Origin: Octopus sinensis
Taxonomy: Eukaryota
Length of the DNA stretch: 64,000 nt
Reading direction: 5' to 3'
Assembly: GCF_006345805.1 (NCBI RefSeq)
Contig: NC_042997.1
Coordinates: 162,812,001-162,876,000 of the forward strand
A program made the translations under genes and the position numbers. The notes beneath the pieces were generated by a model that ran no database searches, had not been told where the DNA came from, and saw only the letters and a program-made list of their open reading frames with translations. This document shows, in pieces, positions 28,007-39,279 of this stretch (its first letter is position 1; every line of letters begins with the position of its first letter).

Positions 28007-28675
28007 GACAGAAGTATCAGTTGATAAGGCAGCAGTATCACTTTTCTTCTGTAGATTATGCGAAAGATCATATGAAAAAGACATATTTAGTGGATACTCA
28101 AAACTGACCCAAAAGGAGTTTAAAAAACGCTATGACAAAGTGGTAATGCGAATAAACTTGGAGTTGTGTAGGTATTATAGGCTAGAATGTCCCAATAAGT
28201 GGTATAAGCACCAATTTTTGCAAGAAGCAAAAACTGATCAAGCGAAACTCACGCATGATATGCAAATTTGCACAGATAAGTTGCAACATAACCGACCTGA
28301 TATCACTTTCCTATGGAAGGAGTCCAAAGAATTGACCTTCATCAATGCAGTTATACCTGCTGACTAGAATATCGTGCAGACAAAGAATGAGACAGTCGAA
28401 AGGTACCAAGACCAAGCATTTGAAGTAAAACGCATCCATAAAGCCTCAAAAGTTAGTGTGATACCTATCGTGATCGATGCACCTGGGGGTCATCTCAAAC
28501 AAAGCAATATTTTGGCATAAAAGCTGCAAATACCAAGCTTCATAGTGAGTAATAAGTTGACAGCAATACTTGGGACAGTACATATGTTGTATCTCTAAGC
28601 TGCAAGATGGAGTTGAGACGTGACTTAGACAACTTAGGAAGAGAAAGGATAATAGGACACAATACTAATAATAAA
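28004..28675 (+). pseudogene. Third R4/Dong-like LINE 3' fragment (zinc-knuckle plus RLE domain)
   Basis: CRLC...IFSGYSKLTQKEFKKRYDKV...LCRYY...HNRPDI...VIPAD*NIVQTKNETVERYQD...VIPIVI. Begins after (GAT)n and ends at an AAT-rich tract. Confidence 0.8.
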
Positions 28676-28959
28676 AAGAAGGGAATAAGCTGCATGTGCA
28701 TATATATATGCATGTATGTATGTATGTATGTATGTATGTATGTATGTATGTATGTATGTATGTATGTATGTATGTGTGTGTATGTATGTATGTATGTATG
28801 TATGTATGTATGTATGTATGCATGCATGTATGCATGGTAAGATAACAGGGTGTGTTTACTCTTTAAGTAAAAAAGTAAGGTAGTTAAAGAAGAGGTAGAA
28901 CGGTAAATAACAGGACGCTCAGACACTACCTCTCATCCACCAAATACAAACTGGGCTCA

Positions 28960-29410
28960 TGCTGTCTAAACCAATGTTCAATGAGAACGATGCAACTAAC
29001 GGATAGCATCCGGCTGTGTTTTAATCCAAGGCGGTGTACCAAACGACGTGGTCTTGCGGGGCGACATCCATAGGTCCGACCAGAAGACAGGTTCACTTTA
29101 GAGTAGAAGAACATCTCCACAAGGCCACGCAATTCAACGCTGTGTTCCAACACCACCAACACTGTGGTATGGGATTTCTCCACCTGGATACTGACGGGTG
29201 GAACGGATGCAGTTAACTTCAGAATCACATATGCGCACTTCATAACGAAGACACCTGGCCTGAACTGTCGCAAGGAGCTGGATACATGGAAATACATCAC
29301 TGCTTCCAGGATGTTTAACCGACAACAGCAATAACCATCATCAAGAGGGAGCAAAAAATAAAGATTATGAAAGGTTGATGAAGAAACATTGACCCGAAAG
29401 TGCTAAGGAG
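28960..29410 (+). pseudogene. Penelope-like element 3' relic (GIY-YIG endonuclease)
   Basis: YQTTWSCGATSIGPTRRQVHFRVEEH resembles the GIY-YIG motif Y..tC.Cg..YIGqT.R.l..R..EH. Later AHFITKTPGLNCRKEL. HHR relic at 29375-29405. Confidence 0.7.
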
Positions 29411-29469
29411 ATAAGCTATAACACCCAACAATGAGGCTCTCTACAGGTCACACGCCATATGCAGGATAC

Positions 29470-29920
<451 letters not shown>

Positions 29921-30502
29921 TAAGTTTATATCTATTTCTAGAGCCATAAATCTTTCATATACCCTTAATCACTTACATCCATGAAGCTTTAAAACTTTTA
30001 AAACCACGAATCTATTACGGAAAATTAAACCTCTTCATACCTACTTGAACTCTGCTATATGTATCTTATCTTATTTTGTTTTATGTTAATTCATTTTCTT
30101 TCACTTTCCTCTTTTACTTTTATATCCTCCAACTAATGGTGTTACCCTGTTATCTTACTATACTCTAATCATGTTGCCTGAGATACACCAACACATTATA
30201 TATATATATATATATATACTTTTATTCGTTAATTCTATCATGGCGGTATGTATGTATGTATGTATGTATGTATGTATGCATGCATGCATGCATTTATGTA
30301 TACGTAGTCACAGTTAAACTGAACAGTGAAGAAGTTTTTCCCTCAATCTTGAAGTTACGAGTCCAATCACACTGCATGGTTACCTTGAGGAAATTTCTTT
30401 CGCATTCACTTAAGCTTTGTTTCTATGTAGAAGCCTGCTAGTTGAACCATACCCATAATTCAAAGCTCCCTCGTTGTCGTAACTGACAGAGTGCTATATA
30501 TG

Positions 30503-30553
<51 letters not shown>

Positions 30554-30561
<8 letters not shown>

Positions 30562-31270
30562 TCAATATAGGGTGGCAAAAAAAATTTTGTAGAATTTTTT
30601 TGCCACCAGCGGCCTAGTGGGAAAAAATTAAATAGTCATAGACCATTTTTAAGTTCAACATCACAATCAAGGAACGGCCATAATAGGCCATTCACCCACT
30701 AGAAATAACAGCCAAAAAGCTTCAACCGCAAAATAACATCAATTCCGTAAACCAGGAGAAAATTAAAAAACATTTACCCTGTAATTTCTTATACGATGCA
30801 CCGTTTCATCTACTGTTTAATGGTAAACTAACCTGATTAAATTAAATCAAGCCAATCCACCATAGGCCCTTAGATTCATCAGTAAGAAATAGCCAAGTCG
30901 GAACAGATATTTTTCACGAGGCATTCCCGTCCCTGCCTCGGCAATATCTGACCTAAAATTTTCAAATCATCGCACTCGCGCCAAATTTATCGGCAGCAAA
31001 TAAATATAAGCCGCCGATTCCATTACGGAATTAACCAGAAAATTCATAATTAATCAATATAGGGTGGCAAAAAAAATTTTGTAGAATTTTTTTGCCACCA
31101 GCGGCCTAGTGGGAAAAAATTAAATAGTCATAGACCATTTTTAAGTTCAACATCACAATCAAGGAACGGCCATAATAGGCCATTCACCCACTAGAAATAA
31201 CAGCCAAAAAGCTTCAACCTCAAAATAACATCAATTCCGTAAACCAGGAGAAAATTAAAAAACATTTACC

Positions 31271-31275
<5 letters not shown>
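30554..31275 (-). mobile_element. Retrozyme/pLTR-like element: 492-nt unit, ~1.47 copies, in (TA)n
   Basis: 30554-30783 equals 31046-31275 (period 492; one substitution seen by eye). Contains one complete HHR. (TA)n on both sides. Confidence 0.85.
30784..30890 (-). ncRNA. Type I hammerhead ribozyme, complete
   Basis: Stem I AUUUCUUA/UAAGAAAU (8 bp), CUGAUGA, stem II AUCUA/UAGAU plus extension, GAAA, stem III ACG-gugcau-CGU, cleavage triplet GUA (cut between 30792 and 30791). Confidence 0.9.
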
Positions 31276-31319
<44 letters not shown>

Positions 31320-31507
31320 AAGGTGAATGAATTATCCTAGTATGGATAATTCGGTTAACCGATACCTAGGTAGCAAATTCACGTCAGAAAACACGGTTGA
31401 AGCTATATGCCAAGGGCAGGGATCCCGTGTTCTCGTGTGTAAATTTGTGTGTTTTTTTTAACTATGAATAAATGAAAGAATGGAGTCGAACGACGATTTT
31501 AACAAAA

Positions 31508-31604
31508 TTCCTTTACTCTCGACATGTTTCGAAGGCTGCATATTCCTAATTCCGAAGGAATAAAGGGTGCATTATGCCGCCATCTCATCAGGAAAGACAA
31601 GGAA
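31508..31604 (-). ncRNA. Type I hammerhead ribozyme (left arm), palindromic minimal stem III
   Basis: UUCCUUGUCUUUC-CUGAUGA-stem II-GAAA-CAU-GUC-GAGAGUAAAGGAA. Stem III is the palindrome ACAUGU. Stem I has a 2x2 internal loop. Confidence 0.85.
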
Positions 31605-31749
31605 CTTATGTCAGCACCATGAAGAGCAAAAACATTTAGATGACTGCCCAAATGATGTCCACAGTAATAAATGATTAAATAAATTATTACTGTGGACATC
31701 ATGTGGGCAGTCATCTAAAAGCTTTTGCTCTTCATGGTGCTGACATAAG

Positions 31750-31848
31750 TTCCTTGTCTTTCCTGATGAGATGGCGGCATAATGCACCCTTTATTCCTTC
31801 GGAATTAGGAATATGCAGCCTTCGAAACATGCGTCGAGAGTAAAGGAA
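31750..31848 (+). ncRNA. Type I hammerhead ribozyme (right arm)
   Basis: CUGAUGA 31763-31769, GAAA 31824-31827, GUC 31833-31835. Stem III is AC-augc-GU, a 2-nt insertion relative to the left arm. Confidence 0.82.
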
Positions 31849-31914
31849 TTTTGTTAAAATCGTCGTTCGACTCCATTCTTTCATTTATATATATATATAT
31901 ATATATGATATGAT

Positions 31915-32215
31915 ATGTAGCTCTCTGTCGGTTACGACGACGAGGTCTCCAACTGATCCGATCTACAGAACAGCCTGCTCGTGAATTAAAATGCAATTAG
32001 TTGAGTACTCCACATACACGCGTACACTTAACGTAGTTCTTAGGGAGATTCAACGTGATAAGGTTGTCCGTGTACTACTCATTTTTGCCAGCTTAGTGGA
32101 CTGGAGTAACTCGAAATAAAATGTCTTCTTCGACGAAACAACGCGTCGCCGTGAATTGAACTCACGTCCTTAGCATCGTGAACCAAATACCCTAACCACT
32201 AAGCCACGCGCCTTC
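31915..32215 (-). mobile_element. SINE family E, near full length
   Basis: Head GAAGGCGCGTGGCTTAGTGGTTAG...GAGTTCAATTC (A and B boxes) and tail CTCGTCGTCGTAACCGACAGAG. A related tail lies at ~30440-30495. Confidence 0.75.
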
Positions 32216-32339
32216 ATCCAGGAAATGTCTGATGTATTTATATATATATAATACATATAACATAATACACACACACACACACACACATATAAATATTATT
32301 AATCATATATTACATATATATTTATAAATATATATTAAT

Positions 32340-32384
32340 GTAGTAGACGATGGCTTAGTTGGCCGAAACTTCGAAGTTACTGTC
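32340..32384 (+). ncRNA. Degenerate hammerhead relic
   Basis: AGACGA-U-GGC-uuaguug-GCC-GAAA, palindromic ACUUCGAAGU stem III, H17=U, stem I GUAGU/ACUGU. C3/U4 are lost. Confidence 0.5.
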
Positions 32385-33164
32385 AATAAAATTTGTGTGT
32401 GTGTGTGTTCGTATTACATTGATACAAATAAAAAAAAACATGGTCACAGAAAAAGAATCCGAACAAAATACAGAAGAAAGGTGAAAGGAAAGAAAGGAAA
32501 AACGAGCAAAATATTTTCTGTGCTTTTCATTAAGATGTTATAGTTATAGTGTTCAGTAACATGGTAGAACTTCCTGTGTGACGGACAGCGCTTCCTTTCC
32601 ATAAGTAGTGCATACATTGTGTTGTGTATATTTGCCTTATTTGCAATGTCTCTCACCAAAAAGACAAGATAGTTCGTCAAATACACAAATAGGAAGATCC
32701 CAAACGAGCTGGCGATAAGTTGGAATTAACGATGGTACAGCTGTGTTGTTGACATATCTGCAACATGTTAGTTGTGTCAAACATTCACAAGACAATACAA
32801 TTAGCAGACTGCCAACAACGTCCGGCAGTTGAAACTAGCAGTGAAAGAAATAAAATAAACAATTCTATGTTGAAATTCATGAACGCTGGCGCAATTTGAA
32901 AACAATAAATACATAAGATTTTTCTTAGCAAACATTGATTCATTAGCTAAATAAAAATTTAACAAAATAATAAAATAAAATAAAATAAAATGAAACGGAT
33001 GATTTATTGGCAGAAACGCTAGAATGTCCAACAAAATGCAGGTTCTATTACGAAACCATACGGAGGTTAACTTTATCTTCCGATGTCCATAAAATAAATT
33101 AGTAGCAGTCAAAAAAGAAAAAAAAACAAGATTGGATATAATAGTTATTCCTTCCCACTTGTAC

Positions 33165-33785
33165 GTCGAGCTGGCAAGAGTCGTTGGAAAACCAACAAAA
33201 TGCTTAGTGTCATTTCTTTTGACTTTACGTTCTTAATTCAATTTCTGCCGATATCAGCTTTGCCTTTTATCTTTCCGGGGTTCGATTAAATAAATACCAG
33301 TTGAATCTTGGGGTCGATATAATCGACTATACTCCTCTCCTAAAATTTCAGACAATGTGCATGTAGTAGAAGAGATTATTCCTTCTTACCAAATTCGTAG
33401 CTTCGCACTTAATTTAGAAATCATTTACTTTACTTAAGAAGGCGAGCTGGCAGAATCGTTATTACGCTGGATAAAATGCTTAGCGACATTTTTTTCCGGT
33501 TTTACATTCTGAGGTCGGCTTTGCCTTTCGTCCCTTCAGGGTCAATGAAATAAGTACCAGTTGAGCATTAGGGTCGATGTAATTGACTAGAACCTCCCCA
33601 AAAATTTGAGGCTTTGTGCCTATAGTAGAAAGGATCATTTAATTTATTTCAGGTGTCCGTATAGCAAAAATAGTAGAGCGACAGATTAGATATTATACTG
33701 CAATATATAATGCTTCGAGTTCAAATCCCGTCAAGGCCGTTTTTGCTTTTCATTCTCGATAAGGTCGATAAGGTAAGTACCTTTT
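33165..33785 (+). mobile_element. Cluster of three SINE family A copies
   Basis: Family A bodies at ~33165-33380, ~33440-33635 and ~33710-33785. Confidence 0.7.
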
Positions 33786-34480
33786 ATATACTGTATTAAT
33801 CAATTCATTCGCATATATCGGCCCTCCTACACCCTTATGGCTTTGTAGTAATACCAGAAATTTAGGCACATGAACATGCATGACGCCAGAAATGGCTAGG
33901 TGCAATAACATAGAGCTCACAGTACAGTAAACAAAATTAAAGACAGCAAGTGTTAGTAGGATACTGTGGATATGCAAGCACCAAATCCAATTTAAACAGC
34001 AGATTCAACTCTGGGGTTGGTCTTTGTTCTGGTAGAGGTATAAAAAGTGAACACAAATGGCATTTAAAATTTACAAAGCTGTTTCGGTAAGCTTTTATTA
34101 ATGCATTCACAGATTTCATAATTAACTAATTTAGATAAATGAATTTAAATAGTATGGTTGTTTGATCTCTTTTTTTCTTATTTGTCCGTTTCAGCAACAC
34201 CTTTTAATCTTCATGTATAATCGAATGTTAAGTTTGATCGAACTACTGATCCAACAAACGTTGAACTTGCCCAGATCGATGTAAGAAATCTCACCTGTTT
34301 GAAATTTTACCTGATTAAAATTTTATCTGATGGGGGAGGTGGTGGTGGTTTATATGTTAAGATGTAATTTTCCATGAATGCATCAATAAAATTCTATCGA
34401 AATAGCTGTCGTAAATTTTAATAGCCATTTTTACTTACTTTTTATATGTATTATGATATAGTATAGGAAACCAACTTCAA

Positions 34481-34735
34481 GGAATGTGATATTGATACTG
34501 AGAACTGGGAGAGAAATGCTCAGGATCAAGATCATCAAGATCGGTGGAGATCCATCATCATAGGGGGAATAACAACTTTTGAGACCAATAAGACTGCAGA
34601 ACTAGAAGAAAAAAAGGAGGCACAGTAAAGATATATCAAGAAGAAATCTTCTAGCCAGAACCTCCAGTTCCACTTGTGGAAGGGGCTTCTGAGCAAGAAC
34701 TGGGCTCCTCACTTGGGATCCATCAATAACACTGT
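34481..34735 (+). pseudogene. RTE-clade LINE C-terminal relic
   Basis: ECDIDTENWERNAQD...RWRSII, then FETNKTAELEEK and a decayed CGRGF.ARTGL zinc-finger-like end. Confidence 0.6.
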
Positions 34736-34937
34736 GTAACAAAATTTTTATTCATTGTCTTTGCTCAGTTAGTGTTATTTCCTATTTATTCTATCTGGAA
34801 ATCAACGGAAATGACTACTATACCTTCCAAACTTTGCTTTTGTGACTTGGACATCAATGTTTTGAAACTGACCTATTTTCCATTACATTTAAGACAGATT
34901 CAGTGCTGTGTTGCTGAAGCAGAAATACCGTTATAGA

Positions 34938-35097
34938 AAATATTCTGCTCAATATCCCAGATTTGCTTGTCAGTTGCCTCAGCTTAACCACTTGAGCATG
35001 TCTCTTGGTGGCTGATAAAATGTGCATGTCTTATAAACAATAGTAGTGGGGGAGCATCATAGCCATGTGTTGAGAGAGATTCTTTAGGGTTTGAATA
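34938..35097 (+). mobile_element. Family C internal fragment
   Basis: Matches AATATTCTGCTCAATA...TTTGAATAA of copies 1 and 2. Confidence 0.7.
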
Positions 35098-35719
35098 ACT
35101 ATAACGAAAGCAAAGTTTGAAGGACATATTAACCTTTTTGCATACTTTCTAAGGGGTTAGCAAATAGGAGATAAAATTTTCTACCCAAGGGCAAAAATCG
35201 TGTTACACAGTGTAATATATAAAAAGGCCATCATCCTCGACTTGAAGGGATATACACCATGACTATAATATAGTATAGTATAGTACAGTGTATGGTATAG
35301 TATAGTACCATGACGATATTATAGTATAGTACAGTGTAGTATAGTATAGCATTATATCGTATAGTATTCCATAATATATATATATAGCATATTTAATAAT
35401 AGAAAAGTATGAATTCCAGAGCATATAAGGCTGCGTTGCTAAAATTCCATTTATGTCAAGATGACTTGACAATTTTGTCAGATGTCTCCGCTGAATTAGA
35501 AGTTAGTGTATATCTATGTTAAAAATATTTCACAAATTTTGCCATTTCAAACTACACATGCTGATAAATAACTAGCTTTTCTAAAGAGTTCTATAAAAGG
35601 TTGTTTTGTATACACAGGAATATACTTCTGACGTTCAAGCATGCATGTATTTGTGTATGTGTGAGCGTGTGCATGTACATGTATGTACATCTATACGTGT
35701 GCATGTGAATGTATATATG

Positions 35720-35757
<38 letters not shown>

Positions 35758-35932
35758 TGCTGCATATATGTGTATGTAGGTGAGGTCTTTTGTGTGCGTG
35801 CGTGCGTTTGTGAGTACTTAGACAAATGCATGCAACCTTCAAGCTTGTCCTCCACGCAAACTTTATATAAATATTACTCTATAAACATTTTGCTGCAATA
35901 TACTAAGAAAAAGAACAACTACTACTACAACT

Positions 35933-36334
35933 ACAAATAATAATAATAATAATAATATAATAATAATAATAATAATAATTAGAAGAAGAAGAAGAAGAAG
36001 AAGAAGAAGAAGAAGAAGAAGAAGAAGAAGAAGAAGAAGAAGCTCATTATTAGACCCAAGGGCAACGTTAATACATTAATATTAGGTTACAGTAACGACT
36101 AATAACAATAACAGCAACAATAATTTCTAAGGAAAGGATGAGACGATGATTGTTGTTACCATCCTCCTCTTCCTCCTCCTCCTCATCTTCGTCGTCATCG
36201 TCATCATCATCATCGTCATCATCATCATCATCATCATCATCACCATCATCATCAACAACAATCAGAGTCGTCGGCGTCGTTGGCGTCGTCGGCGTCGTCG
36301 GCGTCGTCGTCATCATCATCATCATCATCACCAC

Positions 36335-36381
<47 letters not shown>

Positions 36382-36480
36382 CTGTCTTTATTAACATCAT
36401 CATTATCATCAGTTTTATCATTATCATCATCATCGTTATCGTCGTCGTCGTCATTATCATCATAATCATCGACGTCGTCA
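35933..36480. repeat. Compound trinucleotide tracts (TAA)-(GAA) and (CAT)/(CGT)
   Basis: Direct reading; source of the poly-S/H/D/M pseudo-ORFs. Confidence 0.95.
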
Positions 36481-37075
36481 TTTCTCACATAGACACGGAG
36501 ACTCAAATATGAAGAAAAATGGAGAGAGACAGACATGATTTCCGTGTTTCTTTCTCTCCCGTTCCCCATATCTCTCTCTCTTCTTTCTCTCTCATCTCTC
36601 TCTCCTTTTCTCCCCCTCTCTCTCTCTTTCTCTCTGCAAGAATATTTATTAGCGCAGCCGACAGAACCCGACGTTGTCGTCATCACCATCATCATCATTA
36701 AGAACAACAACAATAACAAAAATAACCACATCGGAGATACAAAATAAAAAAATATAAAAATACAAAAAAAAAACAAAAAAGCAACAACTACAACAACAAC
36801 AACAACAAAAACCCACAGCAGCCATCAAAACAAATATGTTAGAGCCGTGTTGGTGGCGTGTAGAAGTAAAGGCAAAGTGAAAGTGAAATATTAAAGAATG
36901 ATAGAATGATAGAATGAAAGAATGATAGAATGATAGAGTGATAGTTGTTTGCCTGCACACATAGCTTTGGTCTCGTTTCATTCTACACGCATACCTACTC
37001 AAGCCTATCATGTGAAGCACACAAACTAACAATAGCCGTTCATTAGCGGAGAGAAATCGAGGCGTTTTCCACCAT

Positions 37076-37197
37076 TCATTTATATCCTAGAAGCACAAGT
37101 CTTTCGGTGTTTCTAATGATATCTGTACAAGTTTTGGGAAGGTTGTTGGAATCAAAAATGTGTACAGCTTCAGGCAAAACAGGTTCAGTGATTGGAT
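37076..37197 (-). CDS. Candidate terminal coding exon of an unknown gene
   Basis: A pyrimidine-rich tract ends in CAG (37198-37200), followed by xAT+PITEPVLPEAVHIFDSNNLPKTCTDIIRNTERLVLLGYK*. This is a unique island amid repeats. No partner exon or homology was recognised. Confidence 0.22.
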
Positions 37198-37754
37198 CTG
37201 GAGTGAGTGAGTGAGTGAGTGAGCGAGTGAGCGAGTGAGCGAGTGAGTGAGTGAGAGAAAGATATAGGAAGTAGAGAAGGGCTGGCTGGTTTGGCTGGCT
37301 GGATTACTGAAGGGCTGGCTGGTGGGATGGTTGGTGATGACAAAAATGCCATCATATTCATTAGTGAGTGATGGGGTGGTGGTGGTAATGTTTGTGGTGA
37401 TGGTGATGATGGCGGTGGTGGTAGCAAAGTTGATGGTGGTGACGGGAGTGATGGTGTTTATGGTGGTGGTGATGGTGGTGGTGGTGGTGGTGGTAGAAAT
37501 GGTGGTGGTAACTGTGATGGTTGTGGTGTTGGTGGTGGTGTTAGTGGTAGCTTGTCTGTGACGGCCATGGTGGTGTAGGCATGGTGGTACTGGTGGCAAT
37601 GATGGTGGTGATAGTAGTAACGGCGATGATGATGCTGATGGTTGTGGTGGTGGTGGTATTGATGCTTATTTATGGTGGTGGTGGTGATGGAGGTTGAGGT
37701 TGGAGTGGCGGTGATGATAATGATAATGAATGTGGCGGTTGCAAATGCTTTGTT

Positions 37755-37905
37755 ATTTAGCCCTAGGTCAGTCCTGATCAAGAAGAACTATGATAAAAGA
37801 TATTCCAGCCACAACCTTTTCCTCTTTTCGGTATTACCCAAGACTTAGGAATCTAAAGCATCAGTTCCTTTTTAAGATGGTGAGGTTTGATTTAAGAAAA
37901 GATTT
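37755..37905 (+). mobile_element. Repeat family D copy
   Basis: TTTAGCCCTAGGTCAGTCCTGATCAAGAAGAACTATGAT..., related to ~43820-43890, ~47580-47750 and ~49090-49265 (-). Confidence 0.5.
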
Positions 37906-37920
37906 GGTTATTATTCCCAG

Positions 37921-38335
37921 CAGGCTAAGGCGGCGAGCTGGTAGAATTGATAGCACAGCGAACAAAATGCTTAGCGGCATTTCGTCCGTCTTTACGTTCT
38001 GAGTTCAAATTCCACTGAGATTGACTTAGCTAATCATTCTTTCTGGGTCGATAAAATAAGTATAAGGACCAGCCGATGTAATCCACTTGCGACACCACGC
38101 TCAAAAGTTTCAGGTCCTGTGTCTATTGTAGAAAGGATTGTTTCCAGCAGGCTAAGGTCGCGAGCTTAGCATAATTTCGTCCATCTTTAAGCTCTCAGTT
38201 CAAATTCTGTTGAGATCGACTTTGCGTTTAATCGTTTCGGGGTCCATAAATTAAGTACCAGTGAAACATTAGGGTCGATGTAATCGAATAGCCCCTTTCC
38301 ACGAAATTTCAGACGTTGTACTTATATTAGAAATA
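37921..38335 (+). mobile_element. Two SINE family A copies
   Basis: Family A head and body twice. Confidence 0.75.
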
Positions 38336-38664
38336 ATTATTTTCAGCAAGCTGGGCAACCAAGTAGAGGCTCATTGGTTGACTTAAACGTCTTGGTGTTG
38401 GTGGTAGTGACAATGGTAGCTGTTGTAATAATAGTAGTGGTTGTAGTAGTAGATGCAATACTAGAAGTGCTAGCTCTTCTGCTGGGTGTGTGTGTGTGTG
38501 GTGGGGGTTGCCCTTGTGGTCATTTAGAGTTATGGTTGTATAGTTGCAGTGGTGGTTCTTGTGTTAATGTAGTGTTAATAGTCTGTTGTTATGGTTGGTT
38601 GCTAGTTATTGTTTTAGCGGGGGTAGGCAGTGCCTCTTGTTCTGATAATATTCTTATAATGGTC

Positions 38665-39279
38665 AAGGCGGCGAGCTAGCAGAAACGTTAGCGCGCCGGA
38701 CGAAATTCTTAGTGGTATTTCGTCTGTCGCTACGTTCTGAGTTCAAATTCCGCCGAGGTCGACTTTGCCTTTCATCCTTTCGGGATCGATTAAATAAGTA
38801 CCAGTTACACATTAGGGTCGATATAATCGACTTAATCCGTTTGTCTGTCCTTGTTTGTCCTCTCTGTGTTTAGCCCTTGTGGGTAGTAAAGAAATAGGTA
38901 TTTCGTCTGTCTTTACGTTCTAAGTTCAAATTCCGCCGTGGTCGACTTTGCCTTTCATCTTTTCGGGGTCGATTAATTTAAGTACCAGTTGCGTACTGGG
39001 GTCGATATAATCGACTGGCTCCTTCCCCCAAAATTTCAGGCCTTGTGCCCATAGTAGAAAAGATTATTTAGTTTACTTACTGGCAGAATCGTTATTACGC
39101 TGAATAAAATGCTTAGCGACATTCTTTCCTGTTTTACATTCTGAGATCAAATTCTGCTGAGGTCGACTTTGCTTTTCATCCTTTCGGAGCCGATAAATTA
39201 AATACCAGTTGCGTACTGAGATCGATCTAATCGACTTGCCCGTTACCCCAAATTTCGGGCCTTTTGCCTAGAGTAGAAA
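38665..39279 (+). mobile_element. SINE family A trimer with candidate 20-bp TSD
   Basis: Units at 38665-38897, 38898-~39065 and ~39078-39279. Flanks ATAATATTCTTATAATGGTC (38645-38664) and ATAATATTCTTACAATAGTC (39280-39299). Confidence 0.75.

Larger units (their letters stand above)
31468..31888. repeat. ~203-bp-arm inverted repeat (13-nt spacer) carrying two HHRs
   Basis: Arms 31468-31670 and 31684-31888, with about three substitutions and one 2-nt indel by eye. Confidence 0.95.
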
